From NCBI GenBank assembly GCA_039630545.1, contig JBCNUU010000006.1, positions 1 to 64,000 of the forward strand: 64,000 bases of DNA. Reading direction: 5' to 3'. Shown here in pieces: positions 59,510-64,000 of this stretch. This DNA is from Endomicrobiia bacterium (GTDB lineage Bacteria > Elusimicrobiota > Endomicrobiia > DTEH01). Position 1 is the first letter of the stretch. Each line of letters begins with the position of its first letter. The notes under the pieces were generated by a model. That model worked only from the letters and a program-made list of their open reading frames with translations. It was not told the origin of the DNA and searched no databases. Both the position numbers and the translations under genes were made by a program.

Positions 59510-59998
59510 TTATCTTGCAAATCTTTTCTCTACAATCGGAATAATATCTTTTGGAACAAAATCTGAAATATCTCCTCCAAAACTTGCTATTTCTTTTATT
59601 AAACTAGAGGATAAATAAATCCATCTTATATCTGGCATAAGATATATAGTCTCCATTTCAGGAAACATCTTGCGATTTGTTAAAATCATCTGAAATTCAT
59701 ATTCAAAATCACTTAGTGCCCTTAATCCCCTTAATACAGTGTTACATTTTTTCTTTCTAAGATAATCTACCAACAACCCATCAAAACTATCAATTTCAAC
59801 TTTTTTATTAAGATTATTTTTTTTAATTATTTTTTTTAGCATTTCTATACGCTCTTCAAGCGAAAAAAAAGGTTTTTTTTGAGGATTGTTAAGGATAGCT
59901 ACTATAATAAAGTCAAAAATTTTACTTGCTCTAAGAATAAGGTCTACATGTCCATTAGTCGGAGGGTCAAAACTTCCTGGATATACTATTTTTTTCAT
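59510..59998 (-). CDS. coaD: Phosphopantetheine adenylyltransferase
   Basis: YPGSFDPPTNGH, RGLRALSDFEYE, SSSLIKE. Confidence 0.98.
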   Translation of the reverse strand: MKKIVYPGSFDPPTNGHVDLILRASKIFDFIIVAILNNPQKKPFFSLEERIEMLKKIIKKNNLNKKVEIDSFDGLLVDYLRKKKCNTVLRGLRALSDFEYEFQMILTNRKMFPEMETIYLMPDIRWIYLSSSLIKEIASFGGDISDFVPKDIIPIVEKRFAR

Positions 59999-60030
59999 TA
60001 AAATGTAATTATTAAAATTTTACACTTTTT

Positions 60031-61536
60031 TCAAGAATTTTTATAATTCTTTAAAAATTTCTGGATCAAAGATATAGCCTGTTTTCTTGTAGAAATCTTA
60101 CCGAGAATTTGTGCTTCTTTTATCAGATTTAATAGTTTTCCTACCAATGGACCTTGAGGAATTTTAAAGATATTCATAATATCATATCCGTTTAATAATT
60201 TTGGTAGTGTTAACTTAGCTTTGTAATCTTTATATATATCTAGTATTTTATTTTCAAAATTTATAAACTCTTTTAAAGACGAAAAATTCTTAAAATATTT
60301 TCTTCTTTCTTTAACAGGAATACTTTCATATGAAATTCTATCTGCAAGAGAAAACACTAATAAAAAATATATATTATCGCCTACATCTTTAAACAATCGA
60401 AGATAAGCCCTTTGTGTTAGGTTGTCTTTATTAACACAGAGATTTCCTATCCTCATATGATGTTTTATTACATTCAAAATAACCGAAATATCATCGTTAC
60501 TTAATTTTAGTTCACGTAAGATCTTTTCTGAAATCTCATATGATTTTATTTCATGATGAAAGAATCTAACTTTTCCTTTTATTTTTTTAGCAACTAATGG
60601 CTTTGCTATATCATGCAACAATGAAATAAACTTTAAAATATATTCTTTCCCTCTTATAGCTGAAAAAATTTCTTTATGATGGCAAGGATAATATTTTTTA
60701 ATATTTAACAAAATTTTTTCTATACTTCTATAAGTAAGTTTTACATGTTGCCATAAACCTTCTGGGTGAAAATAAAATTTTTTAAACTGAGTATTTTTAC
60801 CTTTCTCTTTTATAATTTTTATATCAGGAAAAATTTCTTCTAATATTCCATTTTTGTCCATCCATTCTAATACTTTATAGGATTCATTGTTAAATATTTT
60901 TTTAATTTCCTCTAAAATTCTTTCTTTTGCAACTTGTTTAAGGAAAACTTTGGTTTTTTTTATAAGAAGATTTATTTTTTTGTGTGGTTTGAAACCTAAT
61001 ACATAAAATCTTGCTACTCTGATTATTCTTAAGGGGTCTTTTAAAAAAACATCTTCTTTTACTACTTTTAATACTTTATCTTTTATATCTTTTTTTGCAT
61101 TAAGTGGGTCTTCTAAGTTACTAAACAAAATTTTAGTATTAAAAGAAGATAAAAACCTTATAAAGTGCGATAATTTTAAATATAGGGTATTAATGGTAAA
61201 ATCTCTTCTTTGAATATCTTCTTGTAAATTTTCATAATTAGTAAAGTCTAAGTTTATAAAGAAGTTAGTTTCTTTTATAACGGTTCTAAAAACTAAATTT
61301 TCTTCATCAAGGACAACAAACGGAAGACTGTTTTTAAGTATTATTTCTTTTAGTTTTTCTACTGAAAGATTTTTAACTGCTATATCTATATCAAGCTGGT
61401 TTTTTGTTTTAAACAGATTTTTATAAATAAACAGATCTCGCAAAATACCCCCGACAACAAAACAATCCTTAAAATTTTTATCTATAGTAGATAAAAAATT
61501 CTTTAACTTATATAAACTCGTAGGTTCCATTTTCAT
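60031..61536 (-). CDS. Class II tRNA nucleotidyltransferase with HD domain, probably CC-adding
   Basis: VGGILRD, DID, RRDFTIN, DPLR, ERI..E, LLHDIAKP; flexible loop before RRDF appears deleted. Confidence 0.85.
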   Translation of the reverse strand: MKMEPTSLYKLKNFLSTIDKNFKDCFVVGGILRDLFIYKNLFKTKNQLDIDIAVKNLSVEKLKEIILKNSLPFVVLDEENLVFRTVIKETNFFINLDFTNYENLQEDIQRRDFTINTLYLKLSHFIRFLSSFNTKILFSNLEDPLNAKKDIKDKVLKVVKEDVFLKDPLRIIRVARFYVLGFKPHKKINLLIKKTKVFLKQVAKERILEEIKKIFNNESYKVLEWMDKNGILEEIFPDIKIIKEKGKNTQFKKFYFHPEGLWQHVKLTYRSIEKILLNIKKYYPCHHKEIFSAIRGKEYILKFISLLHDIAKPLVAKKIKGKVRFFHHEIKSYEISEKILRELKLSNDDISVILNVIKHHMRIGNLCVNKDNLTQRAYLRLFKDVGDNIYFLLVFSLADRISYESIPVKERRKYFKNFSSLKEFINFENKILDIYKDYKAKLTLPKLLNGYDIMNIFKIPQGPLVGKLLNLIKEAQILGKISTRKQAISLIQKFLKNYKNS

Positions 61537-62230
61537 GTAATATTAACAAATTATCACAAAAATATTCAGCTAAATTTTTATCATGGGTTATAAAAATATA
61601 CGAAAGCTTTAAATTTTCTTTTATCTCATTTAAAAAATTCAACATCTGAGCCTGAAGTGCAACATCCATAGCTGAAAGGGGCTCATCTAAAATCAACATT
61701 TTTGGATAAAGACATAACACAAGTAAAACAGCAACTCTCTGCCTTTGTCCTCCAGAAAGTTGGTAAGGATACATATTTAAAATTTCAAAAGGTAACTTCG
61801 TAATGGAAAGAAGCTCTTTGGTTTTTAGTTCTATGTCAGAATTTTTAAACTTTAAATTGTTAAGTTTGAAATATTGCTTTATTCTTTCTTTTATTAAATA
61901 GCCAACAGTAAACTTTGGATTTAACATTGAATATGGATTTTGAAACAAAAGCTGCACCTTTAATGCAAATTCCTTAAAAGAATACTCATTTATATTTCTA
62001 CCTTCTATAAAAATCTCTCCCTCATCAGGAGGTTCTATTTTAGAAATTATTTTAACAAGCGTAGTTTTGCCTACACCGGATGGACCAAGTATACCTAAGG
62101 TTTTATTGTATTCTAAATAAAAACTTACATTTGAAAGAATTTTTTTTCTTAAAATTTCTACATGAAGCAATTGAGAATAAACAGGATATGTCTTACTTAA
62201 AGATTTTACTTCTAAAATATTATTTTTCAT
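61508..62230 (-). CDS. oppF: Oligo/dipeptide ABC ATPase OppF/DppF-like (likely start MKNNILEV)
   Basis: GPSGVGKTT, FQNP, YPYQLSGGQRQR, DEPLSAMD, ITHD. Confidence 0.88.
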   Translation of the reverse strand: MKNNILEVKSLSKTYPVYSQLLHVEILRKKILSNVSFYLEYNKTLGILGPSGVGKTTLVKIISKIEPPDEGEIFIEGRNINEYSFKEFALKVQLLFQNPYSMLNPKFTVGYLIKERIKQYFKLNNLKFKNSDIELKTKELLSITKLPFEILNMYPYQLSGGQRQRVAVLLVLCLYPKMLILDEPLSAMDVALQAQMLNFLNEIKENLKLSYIFITHDKNLAEYFCDNLLILHENGTYEFI

Positions 62231-63245
62231 ATAAGAAACATTTAATGAAATGTTTGTCTTCAAATGAGTAAAATTCTGGTTTTGAAAGCTCACATTTTTT
62301 AATTTTTTTATTACATCTATTATAAAAAATACATCTTTTAAAAGTAGCCTCGTCTGTAAGATCAGGTAAATCATACGGAATTGTAGCAAGTTTTTGGCCT
62401 TTTTTTGTTTTATCTACAGTACATTCTAAAAGTAACATAGTATATGGATGCAGCGGCTTTTCAAAAATTTCTTTAGTATAAGAGTATTCAATAATTTCAC
62501 CAGCGTATAGAATAAAAACATAATCCACATAATTTCTAACGAGATTTATATCATGGGTAATAAGAATAAAAGTAGAATTGTTTTCAAATACTAATTCATT
62601 AAGTAAATCCATAATAACTTCTTTTAAAGAAGCGTCAAGGGAAGTGGTAGGTTCATCAGCTATTAAAATTTCTGGTTTGTTAACTACAGCAGCTGCTATA
62701 CAAATTCTTTGAATCTGACCTCCGGATAATTGATGTGGGTATTTATTATAGGTTAACTCAGGCTCAGGAAGTTTTACTTTATGAAATATATCAATGACTT
62801 TATGATAAACTTCACTTTTTGAAAATTCAAAATGGTTTGTAATTACCTCTTCAACCTGTTTACCAACTGGTATTACTGGATTTAAAGCACTAAAGGGATC
62901 CTGAAATATCATAGAAATATGATTACCCCTTAAGTGTAGCATATGATTTTCTGAAAGAAGATTATTTTTGTTTTTACTATTTATTATAAAAATCTCTTTA
63001 CTACAATTACAGGAATCCTTTTGTGGATAAAATTTAATAATACCAGAATAGCTTGTGAATTTTTTGTCGTTTAGTAACATTATGGTGTTAGCAAGGGTAG
63101 TTTTACCTGAACCTGATTCTCCTACTATTGCTATCTTTTGAGATTGAGAAATAGTTAAACTAATATCTCTTAATATAAATAACTTCTTATTGTTTTTAAG
63201 TAAAAAACAAACATTTAAATTTTTTATTTCTAAAACATCTTTCAT
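62220..63245 (-). CDS. oppD: Oligo/dipeptide ABC ATPase OppD/DppD-like
   Basis: GESGSGKTT, MIFQDP, YPHQLSGG, ADEPTT, PLHPYT, C-terminal Cys cluster. Confidence 0.92.
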   Translation of the reverse strand: MKDVLEIKNLNVCFLLKNNKKLFILRDISLTISQSQKIAIVGESGSGKTTLANTIMLLNDKKFTSYSGIIKFYPQKDSCNCSKEIFIINSKNKNNLLSENHMLHLRGNHISMIFQDPFSALNPVIPVGKQVEEVITNHFEFSKSEVYHKVIDIFHKVKLPEPELTYNKYPHQLSGGQIQRICIAAAVVNKPEILIADEPTTSLDASLKEVIMDLLNELVFENNSTFILITHDINLVRNYVDYVFILYAGEIIEYSYTKEIFEKPLHPYTMLLLECTVDKTKKGQKLATIPYDLPDLTDEATFKRCIFYNRCNKKIKKCELSKPEFYSFEDKHFIKCFLYEK

Positions 63246-64000
63246 TTTTCTTTAGGGCTAAACATAATTCTAAAACCTTCAGCTAAAAAGTTAAATCCTA
63301 TAACAGTGAAAAATATTGCAAGTCCTGGAAATAAAGAAAGCCACCACGCTATATGAATATAATCCTTCCCAGATGTAAGAATATTTCCCCATGAAGGCTG
63401 TGGAGGCTGAACTCCTAAACCTAAAAAAGATAAAGCTGACTCTGTCAAAATAGCTGAAGCTATACCTAAACTGAATGTTACAAGAATTGGAGCTAAGACA
63501 TTTGGTAAAATATGAACAAATATTATCTTAAAGGAAGAAAAACCTGCAAGTTTACATGAAAGTATAAATTCCATGTTTTTAATTTTTAAAACTTCTGCTC
63601 TAACATATCTTGTAAGAGAAGGCCATGAGGTAAGACCTATTACTAACATTATGTTATAAACACTTGGTTTGACGAATGCAATTACCAATAAAATAAGAAA
63701 AAAAGTTGGAAAACAAAGCATTATATCGACCAACCTCATTATTGCAGTATCTATCCAGCCACCATAATAACCACTTAAAAGTCCTAAACAACTTCCTATA
63801 ATAGTAGCAACTCCTACTGCTATAAAACCAACACTTAAAGAAATTTTAGTAGCATGAATCATTCTTGAAAATACATCTCTCCCAAGTTCATCTGTCCCAA
63901 AAAAGTGTTTAAAAGATGGTGGTTTTAATCTATTAAGTAAATCTTGCTGATAAGGATCATATGGTGAAAAAAACTTAGCAAAAACTGCTATTACAACAAA
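63242..64000 (-). CDS. oppC: Oligo/dipeptide ABC permease OppC/DppC-like (5' end beyond the window)
   Basis: Frame stays open to the window edge (PPSFKHFFGTDELGRDVFSR); HILPN, ESALSFLGLG, PSWG. Confidence 0.93.
   Translation of the reverse strand, partial: FVVIAVFAKFFSPYDPYQQDLLNRLKPPSFKHFFGTDELGRDVFSRMIHATKISLSVGFIAVGVATIIGSCLGLLSGYYGGWIDTAIMRLVDIMLCFPTFFLILLVIAFVKPSVYNIMLVIGLTSWPSLTRYVRAEVLKIKNMEFILSCKLAGFSSFKIIFVHILPNVLAPILVTFSLGIASAILTESALSFLGLGVQPPQPSWGNILTSGKDYIHIAWWLSLFPGLAIFFTVIGFNFLAEGFRIMFSPKEK

Overview
AT-rich bacterial chromosome segment with nearly all genes on the - strand. The large Ser/Thr-rich Fn3 surface protein with a barrel partner and the duplicated pilB resemble Elusimicrobiota, but that lineage call is inference only. 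The left 13.4 kb is a co-oriented accessory block. In transcription order it contains: a sigma70-like promoter; two GC-rich structured leaders that look like divergent SAM-I-clan riboswitches (the proximal one buries the SD and AUG); a MoxR-type AAA+ ATPase; an orphan ORF; an HExxH-metallopeptidase/vWA protein; MetK; then a complete type III-A interference module (cas6, cas10, csm2-5), a CARF-RelE (Cami1-like) effector, a leader and the first CRISPR repeat at the window edge. The SAM-sensor/MoxR-vWA/MetK unit abutting type III-A CRISPR is the best candidate for an undescribed system. The rest is mostly housekeeping: ribD-ribE-ribBA without ribH, glycosyltransferases around recA with decayed polysaccharide genes, wzx, tlyA, purSLQ, dxs-ispA-xseB, radical SAM-tatD-yfhO, six tRNAs, obgE-rpmA, a His-less histidine kinase, a T9SS-like cargo/barrel pair, pilT plus two pilB, coaD, a probable CC-adding enzyme and oppCDF. 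All RNA structures and alignments were read by eye; no database searches were run.
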